DNA of 64,000 nt from Paramoeba atlantica (Eukaryota > Protista > Discosea), in assembly GCA_977017575.1 (NCBI GenBank), contig CDRNVI010000043.1:372001-436000 (forward strand), in the 5' to 3' direction. The notes beneath the pieces were generated by a model. The model saw nothing but the letters and a program-made list of their open reading frames with translations. It ran no database searches and was not told the DNA's origin. This document shows positions 51,460 through 61,138 of this stretch, one piece after another. Position numbers and translations under genes: made by a program. Within the stretch, counting starts at the first letter, position 1. Each line of letters opens with the position of its first letter.

Positions 51460-53025
51460 TTATGGCATCTCCTTTCGCGCGCCCCACACAAGCGCCCCGA
51501 CCGCATTGATTGCTGTGGTGCTCGCTGCACGGTGCTCCTTCTTGAACAACAAAGCGTGGAGCAGCGATCGTCCGATTCCTAAGGTTAGAGAAATACGGCT
51601 GGGTAGCTCGACCAGGGGAGGTTGCTGTAGGCACCACACGAGTCGTAGCATATGCCGCAGCTGAACGTTGAGGGAGGCCTCTGAATAGTGTTCCGAGATA
51701 CGATCCACAAGCCGTGTTACGAGGGGAATGTCAAAGACGGGTGCCTCGGTGTGAGAGACGGGTTGTTTCTCCGTCTTCTCGGTGGCCGGGGGTATCTTCT
51801 GGGGCATTTTCACTTCCCCTTCGTAGGCCACCGACAAGAGGGCGTCAAGTATCAGCACGCAACCCTCTACAGAGATGAGGTGAAAGTCTACACGGGCTTT
51901 TTCGTTGAGCTGACGTAGAAGCTCGTCGTCTCGAATGCCTGTGACGTGGATCACGGAGTAGACCCGATGTAGATGAGATGTGTTCGCCAAAGATAAGGTC
52001 TCCTTCAGACGGGAAAGAATGGAACAAAACAGCTCATAGTTTTCATACCCTGTGCAGGCAATGGCATACTCCCACAGAGCAAGGGCACAAATAAATGGAA
52101 ACTCTGGTAGTCTTTTGAGTAGTTGGGGAGTGATAGTGTTCAGATAACAGCGGTCATACTCGCGTGATACCTGGAGCAATCGCAAAGTCTCAGTTAGGGC
52201 TCGGGTTGGTAAATCAGCAAGTGAGCGTTTTTTCAGTTCACACATTAAGATACTCATAGCCCGATTGTCCCATAATGAACAGTCACAAACATTGACAAAT
52301 TGCGTGACAAATGAGGTATAGTCGAGATCATCCATATTTGGTATCAGCTGGGCAAGCTCATAAAGTGGGTCTTCGGAGCGAATAGATATTTCTTTAGATT
52401 GTTTCGGCGTCATTCCAAGCTTTTCTACTTTCGTCTTTGCCTTTAACATTGAAAGATTTTCTACGCTCTTTTCCATATCCGCTTGCAGGGGGGAAGCTTC
52501 AACATTTACCTTCTCACTCAGACGTTCTGGTATCATAGACTGTGCGTCAAGTATGTTATAGATTTCAATCAAACCCTTAATTTCTACAGGATTTTCAGCT
52601 TTCTGAACAAAGCTGTTCAATTGTGAAAGGGCCCGAAATTTTGACTCCTCAGTTTTCTCCCTTAAGTACATTGTCACAAATGAGCGAATCCGTGCGTACT
52701 CACCGTTCAATGATAAAATTCGTGGCAGAGAAATCTTCGCTCGAGCATTTTCCGGAGGAGCCGGTGCATGCACGGAAGACAACACATCTGCTGCGCTGGA
52801 GGTTACTTGCACCATACCTCCAATGCGTTCTCCTCGTTGTGCGGTAGCTGCAGTAGCCGCAATGCGCTTGACATACAGACTTTTACACAACATTGCACCC
52901 GACGTGAAAGGCGTAGGAGTAGAATGGTCAAAGCTGTTCTGTTTAACAATTAAATAGAAAAAATTAGACAACAAAGAATATGGCTTGAAATCTCTGTAAA
53001 CATTGTATGGTATTGCTGAGTACAT
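51460..53025 (-). CDS. Helical-repeat hypothetical protein, possibly mitochondrial RNA-binding
   Basis: Leu-rich helical repeats; the likely start is the internal MLCKSL, which has a targeting-like sequence. Confidence 0.6.
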   Translation of the reverse strand: MYSAIPYNVYRDFKPYSLLSNFFYLIVKQNSFDHSTPTPFTSGAMLCKSLYVKRIAATAATAQRGERIGGMVQVTSSAADVLSSVHAPAPPENARAKISLPRILSLNGEYARIRSFVTMYLREKTEESKFRALSQLNSFVQKAENPVEIKGLIEIYNILDAQSMIPERLSEKVNVEASPLQADMEKSVENLSMLKAKTKVEKLGMTPKQSKEISIRSEDPLYELAQLIPNMDDLDYTSFVTQFVNVCDCSLWDNRAMSILMCELKKRSLADLPTRALTETLRLLQVSREYDRCYLNTITPQLLKRLPEFPFICALALWEYAIACTGYENYELFCSILSRLKETLSLANTSHLHRVYSVIHVTGIRDDELLRQLNEKARVDFHLISVEGCVLILDALLSVAYEGEVKMPQKIPPATEKTEKQPVSHTEAPVFDIPLVTRLVDRISEHYSEASLNVQLRHMLRLVWCLQQPPLVELPSRISLTLGIGRSLLHALLFKKEHRAASTTAINAVGALVWGARKEMP

Positions 53026-53336
53026 GATATCGCTGTGTACATTGTATGATGTTGCGTTGTATTAGAAGGTATTATCATTTGACTATTAGTATGTGGGAAT
53101 ACAAGTACTTACACAACATGTTAAGTACAAGTAATACTTAAGGACCTACATAACTTCAGTGCTCGAATGCGAATAAGTTTCAAATCGGTGATTTACACTG
53201 CGTATGAATATTATCCATTGGATAGTATAATGCTACAAAAATTCGGGAATGGGATGTAATATGGGGGAACAGTCTACAAAAAAGTTTATTTTTCATTTTA
53301 TGTCATGCAAGGAATTGATATATGTTTACAATGCTA

Positions 53337-56300
53337 TCACGATGCAGTGCTGTAAGCCTGTTCGTCGCCCATATCCAAGCTGCCGATTGAAGAAGACGTT
53401 GTCGACATGTCGCTTTCATCATCACTTGTGGATAAAATCGTACTTATGTATTCATCCTCGTGACTCGACATGTAATCATCTGCATCCGCGAAAAGTCCTT
53501 CGTAGGAGTCTAGAGCACCACTTCCGATATCTGACTCCCACGTTGATGCTTCGGAAGTAGAGTCAGAAAGCTGGGAATCCGAAAAACGAGTATTGCTGGT
53601 ATTTTCAATAGTGCTCTGAGTTCTCGTCGGCCCATAATTCGTATCCACTGCCCCCATTGTGTATCTGTCATATTCATTTGGCTGAAGCATGCTGGGCGCA
53701 GAACCGGCATGCAAGAAAGTAGTAAAAGTACTTTCGTTAGAAGAGTGGTCGATTCTGTCCAATTCATCCATGTGAGAACCCCCAGTATTCCATACAATAG
53801 CCCCTATACTGGACGCGTCCCGGCCCGCGATTGATACAACCCCTATAATTCTTGAGCGCTCGTTATGATAATCCAAAATGACGTTTTCATGCGCATAGGT
53901 CTTTGAGTTGTAAGCACTTAATTGCAAGGAACTGTATGCGAGCAGAACACTAGAGTCAGGGCTCATTAGCGTTTCACACCTACTAAAGGCGGGGACAGTT
54001 TGTAATAATGATCCTGTCCTTAGATCCCAGATTCCAGTATCAACTATAACATGACTGCCGTTACGGTGAAATAGGCAAGAGCCCTCGTCTATTCGGTCAA
54101 AGAGATGCACTGGTGGTTTTCGTGCACTTCGTCGAGTATCCCATAGAGTTCCGCCGCAGAGTAGTAACTGGTCGTTCATGCTTAGACACGATTCTCTAAC
54201 TTCCTCTAACTTCCACACGGAAGAGTATGTCGGATCTTTCATTTGGCACACTGGAAACGAAGAATAGGTAGATATGATATTTTCTTGCTCAAAATCTACT
54301 AGAGCGTAGGTCGGTGGCGCATTTTCCCATCGGCTCGAACTGTATTTCGTTACTAAAAGAAGGGCATCTTGAACATTGCCAAATTGAGGTTGCCATGAGG
54401 ATCCTATAGTAAATTGGTTCGTTGCTTCGAATGGATATCGTTTAACTATAACCGCTTCACTGACTGCAAAAGAAGTTATGGGAAGCCTACAGTGAGTCTG
54501 AATTTCATCTACTGTATGATTAGTTCTTGCTGTTGTCCTCTCCGACGCGGAAAAATCAAATGTGGAAGATTGTGCATTAATTAAATCTCTAACAACAGTA
54601 TCAGCTGTATAGGAACGACCCTCTTCATAGGTTTCAACAATTTCTAGTAGAAGATCACGTCCGTATGCAACTACGCTGCCAGAGGAAGTGCCAATAAAAG
54701 TGGTGTGATTATTGCTGCTCCTTAATACGTGTGCAACATCGGATTCCCAGTTTGCGAAAGCTAGCGAAATAGCTTTTACCTCTGAATATTGAAAGATGTT
54801 ATGATATGTACTGGTCTTATTAAGTTTAGAGTCCGAAATGTACCGTGGTTGCATTGTACATGTTGTTGCTCTTGAGGTGCCGTGCATGCTTCGGTCCATC
54901 TGCATATGATATGGTACTTTGTCAATGTTAGATAAATTAGAATCGAAACTTCTAGCATCGAAATGTTCACGAGTTTCAATCAATGGGAAAGTGGATGAAT
55001 GCGCACACAAATTTAGTTCCTGGCGCAGCGTTTGAGCGGTCTGCAATAAACCGCTGTCAGTTAAGATCTTGTCAAGTAATGCCAACTGTCTATTGTTACC
55101 AATATTTCTAGCTTCCGTAGTGCTCCCTAATTCGTTCCGACGTGTCCGAAATTTCTTTTTTAATAGAGTGCTCTCGAGCGGTATAGGACGGGGAATGAAG
55201 TGTTCGTATCGTTGTAACGCTTTCTTACAGTTTAAAAAAATCAAATTTCGAGTGTACGGCTGAAGCAATTCGTGCAATGCAGTGAGAGTTCCCAACCTCA
55301 AAAGTACATCTCGAATTTCATTAATTTCAATGAGTTCCATAACAAGTGCTGTAATTCCAATGAGCAGTTGACTTTCCCAGGAGTCTGTGATCCAGGAAAA
55401 GCCTTCCTGTTTGGAGACAAGAGATTTTATGCGAGTAAAAGAATCCACGACTTTAGCCACAGCATTTACTCCTGCTGCGTAGCGAAAAATATCAAAGATA
55501 TTTTTGGTATCAAGTGAGATATTTTCTCTGGATAACGAAGTCGAACTCGGAAATCGCTTTCGAGACTTCTCTTTCGGGGAACTTTGGTTTACGTTCCTGC
55601 TACATGATCCACGAATCAATAAAGACAGAAACCTAAAAATCAACCCTGTCACATGAAAATAATACATTCCCTGAGTCTTGTCTTGCTTCTCTAAAGGAAA
55701 GTCCGGAAGTTTTGATATTATTTCAGATAGCGCATATACCTTCAGCGCCGAACGACCAACTCGGTAGGGCGTCAATCCTAGAGCAGAACGCATGGCAGGA
55801 AACCAAGCCATCCATCTTAAACATGAAAAAATGGTGATCTCTGTCGACTTTCGCTGGCGATTTCGCGCGGAGGATATGTACTGTAGCATTTTGATATGGA
55901 TATCAGCTCTCTTCAATTCGCGAATTAGGTCGGAGCGCACGTTCATCAAAGTCAAGTCCAACGTGGCCCGTTCTTCGGCAGTCCCACTAAGAACACACAA
56001 CGCACTCTTACTTTTCAGCAATGGTAACCAGCGTTTTCGAGGTATGTGTGTGTTTGCTTTTTTAAGCACACCCTTACAAGAGAGCAATAATTGTGCCACC
56101 ACCATATTTTCGATGCACTCAACAAACATTAACATGCTATCGTGATCGGTATCATCATTCGGTACGGCGCTCATACAGTGGCTAATGGATTGAACGAGTT
56201 GAGCACATCCAGGATCCGTAGGCCACTGCTTTGAATCGATCGTGTCCTTGAACAAATTTGATTCAAAAAGACTCGTTACTTCATAGCATTCGAATTCTTG

Positions 56301-58712
56301 CGGAAGAGCGTTTGAAGCAGACTGTTGTGTCTTTCGATTTTTAGCTTCTTTTCCTGTCTTTTTGATCCGACATTCCGAGCGTTTATTGTGTCGAGGTACT
56401 TCCAATGAGCTATTCATTTCTTTCGTACAAAGCTTCTCTTTTTTATGGTTTCTGGTAGAAGAGTATGCATGTAATTCTGATTTGTTTGGAGGAAGAACAC
56501 CTAGAAGAGATAGCACACAAGGATATTCCACAGCTAATTTGAGCACTGACGCAGCACGATTTCGCAAATGTAGGGGAAAATCAGTTGCACCAATACTGTG
56601 ACACGAAATATATGTGATCAGTTGAAGGTAATCTTCTCCCCAAAGTAATGCACTACGAATTTCGTTCCGTAGGAAAAGCACATGAACGATGTTAATTGCT
56701 TCATATCGCATGCAGGCAGAAGAACAGGTCAGAAGGTTTGCGATGCTGCAAGGTTTCATGTACTTCACTATCGTTGTAATATTTTTCGAATTAGCGCACA
56801 ATCTCCAAAACATTTGCAAAACCAAGCACACGAACCTCATGTAAAGACGACTGGTAATAAACGTTGGACTATCATCTATTCGGTCGGCAATTCCAAAAAC
56901 GGATGACCGCGATCGTTTTTGACTCAGCAAAACTTCAGCTCCCTCTGATAGCCTATCCGTTGGATAGTGGTTTGATCCGTCAATTTTGTCATTTAAGCAG
57001 CGAGAAATGAAGGGCGACCCCAAATTTAAAGTAGAAAACCAAGATTCGGGTTTTTCCAAATAATTGGATAAACACGACAATAATTCATGTACCGAGCTAG
57101 GGACAACTGAGGAATCGAGGAAATTGTCCTGTTTTCCCAAAATTTCTATCAGAGTGCTAAATTCGAGAAAACTGGTATTAAATACGCAATGAAGAACATC
57201 CGTAGATGTGCCTTTTACTTGTGCATGTTCATGAGGTTCCGTATGACTTTTCTCAACTGGCTTCAAAAGTCTATGTAGGTGATGAGGTTGCGGTGGCAGG
57301 CGCAATGTGCGACATCCATATGGTACTACGTCTCGTCCTAACACATAGGGAGAGTAACCCTGCTTTCCCTTTAAGTGACCCCATTGATTATTAGAAAATA
57401 ACCTCCACATGACCTTAACTTTCAATGTCTCGGGGTCCCAGGAATCCACGATCCCAAGAATGTCCTCATTATCGCATTCCGGAGGAAAGTAAGGAGGTTC
57501 TCCTCCTGAAAGTGAAGGAAGTGGAGTCCATTCCCCTTTGATAGGTTTGTTCGGCACAACGTATTTCACGTCCAGGAATGAAATAGTGGAGCACGGCCAT
57601 GGTATTTGATGAACTTCCTTCTGGCGATTTTCTTCTCCGCATATCTTTGCATTGCGTATGACATCGGTCATCTTTTTACATGCACCGCGATCATCCATCA
57701 GTAAAAAAAGGAGCCTCCGTACAACGAAGTCTGTAAATTTAGAATTTATTGCGATTTCTCCCTGTTTATACACATTACCTAATATGCACAGTTTCAGTTG
57801 CAAGCGATGCAAAAGTGTGGGGTAGTGCACTTCATATTCAACGTACATGCCGCACTGAAGCACGACAGAGTGCTTACAAACTGCGCAAGAACAGGTTTTT
57901 GAGACTTGTTCTTCCGGGAAAAAGTTTTCGAGACTCTCCTGACGTTGTTGCTCTTCGATAGACTTATGTAAATCCCAAACATCCACTTCTAATAAAATAC
58001 AATTCAGATAGGCATCGTAATCATGGAGGTAAGGACGGAAGCCAAATTTGGTCATAATGTAAAGAATGTAGTGTAACCAAAAACTTTCTTCCTCCCACCG
58101 GAATTTGCAATCGAATTCGTCATGAGGCTTTGTACTAAGAAACTCGCTTTCCACCATGTCATACATATCGCTGCCAGAAACAATATCGCAAACTTCGTTA
58201 GCCAATTCGTTCCAAGTTCCACTCTTGAGGTACATGCGGCGTTCTCGAGATGAAACTGTTGAAACATTTTGAAGAATCGCTACTATACTTCGCAAAACAT
58301 CAAGCCGTGTCTTTGATCGAATTAAGTCTCGTTTCGTTATTTCTGTAGAACTCCCAGGGTGAGAACCGGAACTTGTTTTTGAGCGTTGGGGGATTTCATA
58401 CGCAAAATTCCTTTCAGAGGAGAGTTCCGGATCCTCGAATATATCTCTCAAATTTGTATCTTCGTTCACGCTAATAGACTCTGTTCGCGAACTACTCAGA
58501 ACTTGTACTGCTGGCTCGGAATCATTTTCATGTGTTCGCGGTGCTCTTGGATTCGGCTCCTTGTGCAGGCGAACGTAATACCGCACCAGTCGGCGCATAT
58601 GGGCAAGCAATTTCTCACGGCGGACAGCATCGGGTTGTGATGGAAAGTGAATTGGTTCCCGCATTGTGTACCATGGCATGTTGGATTCGTTCTGCGTATG
58701 GGAGGATGTCAT
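53337..58712 (-). CDS. DCAF1/VPRBP-like CRL4 substrate receptor
   Basis: Long ARM-like N-terminus; LisH-like LLDKILTDSGLLQTAQTLRQEL; WD40 GTLWDTRRS..PPVHLFDR...LFHRNGSHVIVDTGIWDLRTGSLLQTVPAF; acidic tail. Confidence 0.8.
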   Translation of the reverse strand: MTSSHTQNESNMPWYTMREPIHFPSQPDAVRREKLLAHMRRLVRYYVRLHKEPNPRAPRTHENDSEPAVQVLSSSRTESISVNEDTNLRDIFEDPELSSERNFAYEIPQRSKTSSGSHPGSSTEITKRDLIRSKTRLDVLRSIVAILQNVSTVSSRERRMYLKSGTWNELANEVCDIVSGSDMYDMVESEFLSTKPHDEFDCKFRWEEESFWLHYILYIMTKFGFRPYLHDYDAYLNCILLEVDVWDLHKSIEEQQRQESLENFFPEEQVSKTCSCAVCKHSVVLQCGMYVEYEVHYPTLLHRLQLKLCILGNVYKQGEIAINSKFTDFVVRRLLFLLMDDRGACKKMTDVIRNAKICGEENRQKEVHQIPWPCSTISFLDVKYVVPNKPIKGEWTPLPSLSGGEPPYFPPECDNEDILGIVDSWDPETLKVKVMWRLFSNNQWGHLKGKQGYSPYVLGRDVVPYGCRTLRLPPQPHHLHRLLKPVEKSHTEPHEHAQVKGTSTDVLHCVFNTSFLEFSTLIEILGKQDNFLDSSVVPSSVHELLSCLSNYLEKPESWFSTLNLGSPFISRCLNDKIDGSNHYPTDRLSEGAEVLLSQKRSRSSVFGIADRIDDSPTFITSRLYMRFVCLVLQMFWRLCANSKNITTIVKYMKPCSIANLLTCSSACMRYEAINIVHVLFLRNEIRSALLWGEDYLQLITYISCHSIGATDFPLHLRNRAASVLKLAVEYPCVLSLLGVLPPNKSELHAYSSTRNHKKEKLCTKEMNSSLEVPRHNKRSECRIKKTGKEAKNRKTQQSASNALPQEFECYEVTSLFESNLFKDTIDSKQWPTDPGCAQLVQSISHCMSAVPNDDTDHDSMLMFVECIENMVVAQLLLSCKGVLKKANTHIPRKRWLPLLKSKSALCVLSGTAEERATLDLTLMNVRSDLIRELKRADIHIKMLQYISSARNRQRKSTEITIFSCLRWMAWFPAMRSALGLTPYRVGRSALKVYALSEIISKLPDFPLEKQDKTQGMYYFHVTGLIFRFLSLLIRGSCSRNVNQSSPKEKSRKRFPSSTSLSRENISLDTKNIFDIFRYAAGVNAVAKVVDSFTRIKSLVSKQEGFSWITDSWESQLLIGITALVMELIEINEIRDVLLRLGTLTALHELLQPYTRNLIFLNCKKALQRYEHFIPRPIPLESTLLKKKFRTRRNELGSTTEARNIGNNRQLALLDKILTDSGLLQTAQTLRQELNLCAHSSTFPLIETREHFDARSFDSNLSNIDKVPYHMQMDRSMHGTSRATTCTMQPRYISDSKLNKTSTYHNIFQYSEVKAISLAFANWESDVAHVLRSSNNHTTFIGTSSGSVVAYGRDLLLEIVETYEEGRSYTADTVVRDLINAQSSTFDFSASERTTARTNHTVDEIQTHCRLPITSFAVSEAVIVKRYPFEATNQFTIGSSWQPQFGNVQDALLLVTKYSSSRWENAPPTYALVDFEQENIISTYSSFPVCQMKDPTYSSVWKLEEVRESCLSMNDQLLLCGGTLWDTRRSARKPPVHLFDRIDEGSCLFHRNGSHVIVDTGIWDLRTGSLLQTVPAFSRCETLMSPDSSVLLAYSSLQLSAYNSKTYAHENVILDYHNERSRIIGVVSIAGRDASSIGAIVWNTGGSHMDELDRIDHSSNESTFTTFLHAGSAPSMLQPNEYDRYTMGAVDTNYGPTRTQSTIENTSNTRFSDSQLSDSTSEASTWESDIGSGALDSYEGLFADADDYMSSHEDEYISTILSTSDDESDMSTTSSSIGSLDMGDEQAYSTAS

Positions 58713-59235
58713 TGGAAAAAGAAGAGATAAGGAAACGGGCGTAAATAATTTTGAAGTGGAGTTACTTTAACTATGTTAGATCACTGAGTTATCTACAAAA
58801 ATGCGAGCATACTACAGGGGCTGCGGGTGCTGTTTCAGCGCGGTTTCGGCACGGTTTCAACGCGGTTTCGCGGGACACTAGAAACATGCATTATTACATC
58901 GTAATTTGTGGGTGATTCTTTGGACACTCAACATTTGAGCAATTCGTTCAAAAAAAAGGAAGTCGGGATTACTTACAAGTCCTTTTCCCAGTATGTAGTT
59001 CAATATTGTACTGGACTACAATTGCGAAAGCATGTGAAGTATCCAAAGATCGGGCACGTTCGTCTATTGACGATGTTTGCTTCTTACCAGGACTTGACAG
59101 CATGCATACGTTTGAAAGCTCTAGTAGACTTCACGGCGTGTAAACTCCCATCACAATCTGGTGAAAGCGAATTTCATTGGGACATCCAAAGTCAGTGGAC
59201 CAATGCACGCAATATAGCAATGCGCAGCTGTGGTC

Positions 59236-61050
59236 CTACGAAGTAAACAAATGATAAAGCGTGCTACTGATTGAGTCAGAACATATTCTTAACGATTGAG
59301 TTCGACTTTCCGAAATGCAATCACTTTGCATTGGCTGTGTGTTGTCGGGCATCAAATCTTTGTCTAAGAATGTCAGAGCGAATTCAGCACTAAGGCGATC
59401 CCTTTTTGACTCAACATTCTTAAAATAGCGTTTTAATTCTAAAGGGGAACGGAAAAAAGTGGCTATAGAGTTCGCGGTTTCGGCGCCCACCTGTGGAACA
59501 TGACATAGCATGCGGTAAAAACTCTGCACACGTTTATCGGTATTTCTCATATTATTTACGTGCTGCGTCCATTTCTCTCGGCTACCCGTAAAGACAGATT
59601 CGCCTCTATGTTCGCTTCCAGGTAGAATATCCGTCTCTTCTCCTGGACACGTGGTATCAGCAGGTAAACATATTTCTATATTAGGTTTACCGGAAGAAAT
59701 TCTAGAACGTTTCATAGTATGGTGAAACACAGCAGCCTTATCTACTCTACGTGCTGCTAGCGTGTTTCTCATGGCGGCACTAATTTTTGAGGAAAGTTCG
59801 AGGAGAGTTCTAGCGGATTCCTCCATATTTTGTGTGCATATTACAGTGAAACCATCTCTAAGTAGAAGCGAATGAATGGAGGCATTTAGAGTAGACTCAC
59901 TCAAGATTGAATAACGTCCTTTGTGACTTTTTTCTATATTTCCTTCAATGAGGTACATTACGAAAGGTATGCAGCAGCGCAATAGGCCGACTCTTTGGTC
60001 ATAAAAACGACCGTCAATTATGCTTGCAGAAAGATCCTGGATGGTTTTCCTTTCTATTATATACGGCAACATTCGATTTATTCTATTATAATTTGATGTT
60101 TCCGAATATGTCCACACTATGTCTCCTATGGGTAGTTGCTCTAGTTGAATAAATTGATCATGCTCACTCACACGTGCTATTTCGGATTGATCGTTCAATA
60201 ATAGCTCTAGGACCTCATCTGTCGGTGAGCTGCGTCCTTTATAAACACCAGGTGCTTTTGCAAGCTTACCTTGAGTTGGCCTACCCATCGTAATTTTACG
60301 ATTCCCTTGGAAGACTTGGCGTAGATTTTCAACTAAGGCTTTTAAGTTCGGGTCCTCGCGACGGTCGAATATAATGCTTAAATTCCGAAAAGATGTGCAA
60401 ACATTTGATAATGGAATCTTTTTTGTGAACATGTTGAATCGTATTTTGTGACTCGACGAATCGAAATAACTAAGGTTCACGTGTGGAGCTGGACTATGTA
60501 ACTTATTAAATAGATCGCCACGGGCTATGGTTATATGGCTTCTTTCCTCACACAATCCAGCGTCGAAATCTTGATCCAAACGGTTATGCTGTATTTCATT
60601 TCTGTTATGCGTTGCAATATAATGGATATCAAGATTCTGTTTTCCAGTCTCAGAAGAGAGTGTTGTGTCATCCAGTATTGTAGGACACTTTCTATAACTT
60701 TCTATAACTCTTCTGTGGGATGATGCATTTTGTCGATCCCACTCGGCTTTAAGGGCCTCCAAAACGTTTCCTTGTACGCCGTTAATTTCCGCTAATTCCT
60801 TGTAAGGACTTTCTATTTCAAGGGGATATCTACTCAATCCTACGTAGGCAGCTTTCAAGTGTTGGCTTTTTCGCTCAGGGGTAAGATTTTCTAGCAAGCT
60901 TTCGGGACTATCATGAGATGTGGCAGATTTCTGAACTTTCAGATCGCATTTTTCCATAGCTTCCTCCAGAAGGCGGAGAAGACTTTCATTAGCGCGTTGC
61001 GACATTACATGTAGTAAAAACAGCCTACACTTGAAATCAATAAAAATCAT
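59236..61050 (-). CDS. MUS81: Crossover junction endonuclease MUS81
   Basis: N-terminal HhH (LSRYPLEI), ERCC4 nuclease motifs IIFDRRE, LPIGDIVW, IIERKTIQDLSASIIDGRFYDQ, YLIEG; C-terminal HhH (MLCHVPQVGAETA). Confidence 0.92.
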   Translation of the reverse strand: MIFIDFKCRLFLLHVMSQRANESLLRLLEEAMEKCDLKVQKSATSHDSPESLLENLTPERKSQHLKAAYVGLSRYPLEIESPYKELAEINGVQGNVLEALKAEWDRQNASSHRRVIESYRKCPTILDDTTLSSETGKQNLDIHYIATHNRNEIQHNRLDQDFDAGLCEERSHITIARGDLFNKLHSPAPHVNLSYFDSSSHKIRFNMFTKKIPLSNVCTSFRNLSIIFDRREDPNLKALVENLRQVFQGNRKITMGRPTQGKLAKAPGVYKGRSSPTDEVLELLLNDQSEIARVSEHDQFIQLEQLPIGDIVWTYSETSNYNRINRMLPYIIERKTIQDLSASIIDGRFYDQRVGLLRCCIPFVMYLIEGNIEKSHKGRYSILSESTLNASIHSLLLRDGFTVICTQNMEESARTLLELSSKISAAMRNTLAARRVDKAAVFHHTMKRSRISSGKPNIEICLPADTTCPGEETDILPGSEHRGESVFTGSREKWTQHVNNMRNTDKRVQSFYRMLCHVPQVGAETANSIATFFRSPLELKRYFKNVESKRDRLSAEFALTFLDKDLMPDNTQPMQSDCISESRTQSLRICSDSISSTLYHLFTS

Positions 61051-61138
61051 TATAAATTATTATAAAGGGTCCTTTTCGGGAAAAATATTGGAAGCAATAA
61101 ATACACAAGAAAGAGTATGAGTCACGTTTGGATGACTA

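Noticed and set aside
58828-58870. Four imperfect 11-bp repeats (cgcggtttc)
   Set aside because: Short intergenic minisatellite with no associated structure.
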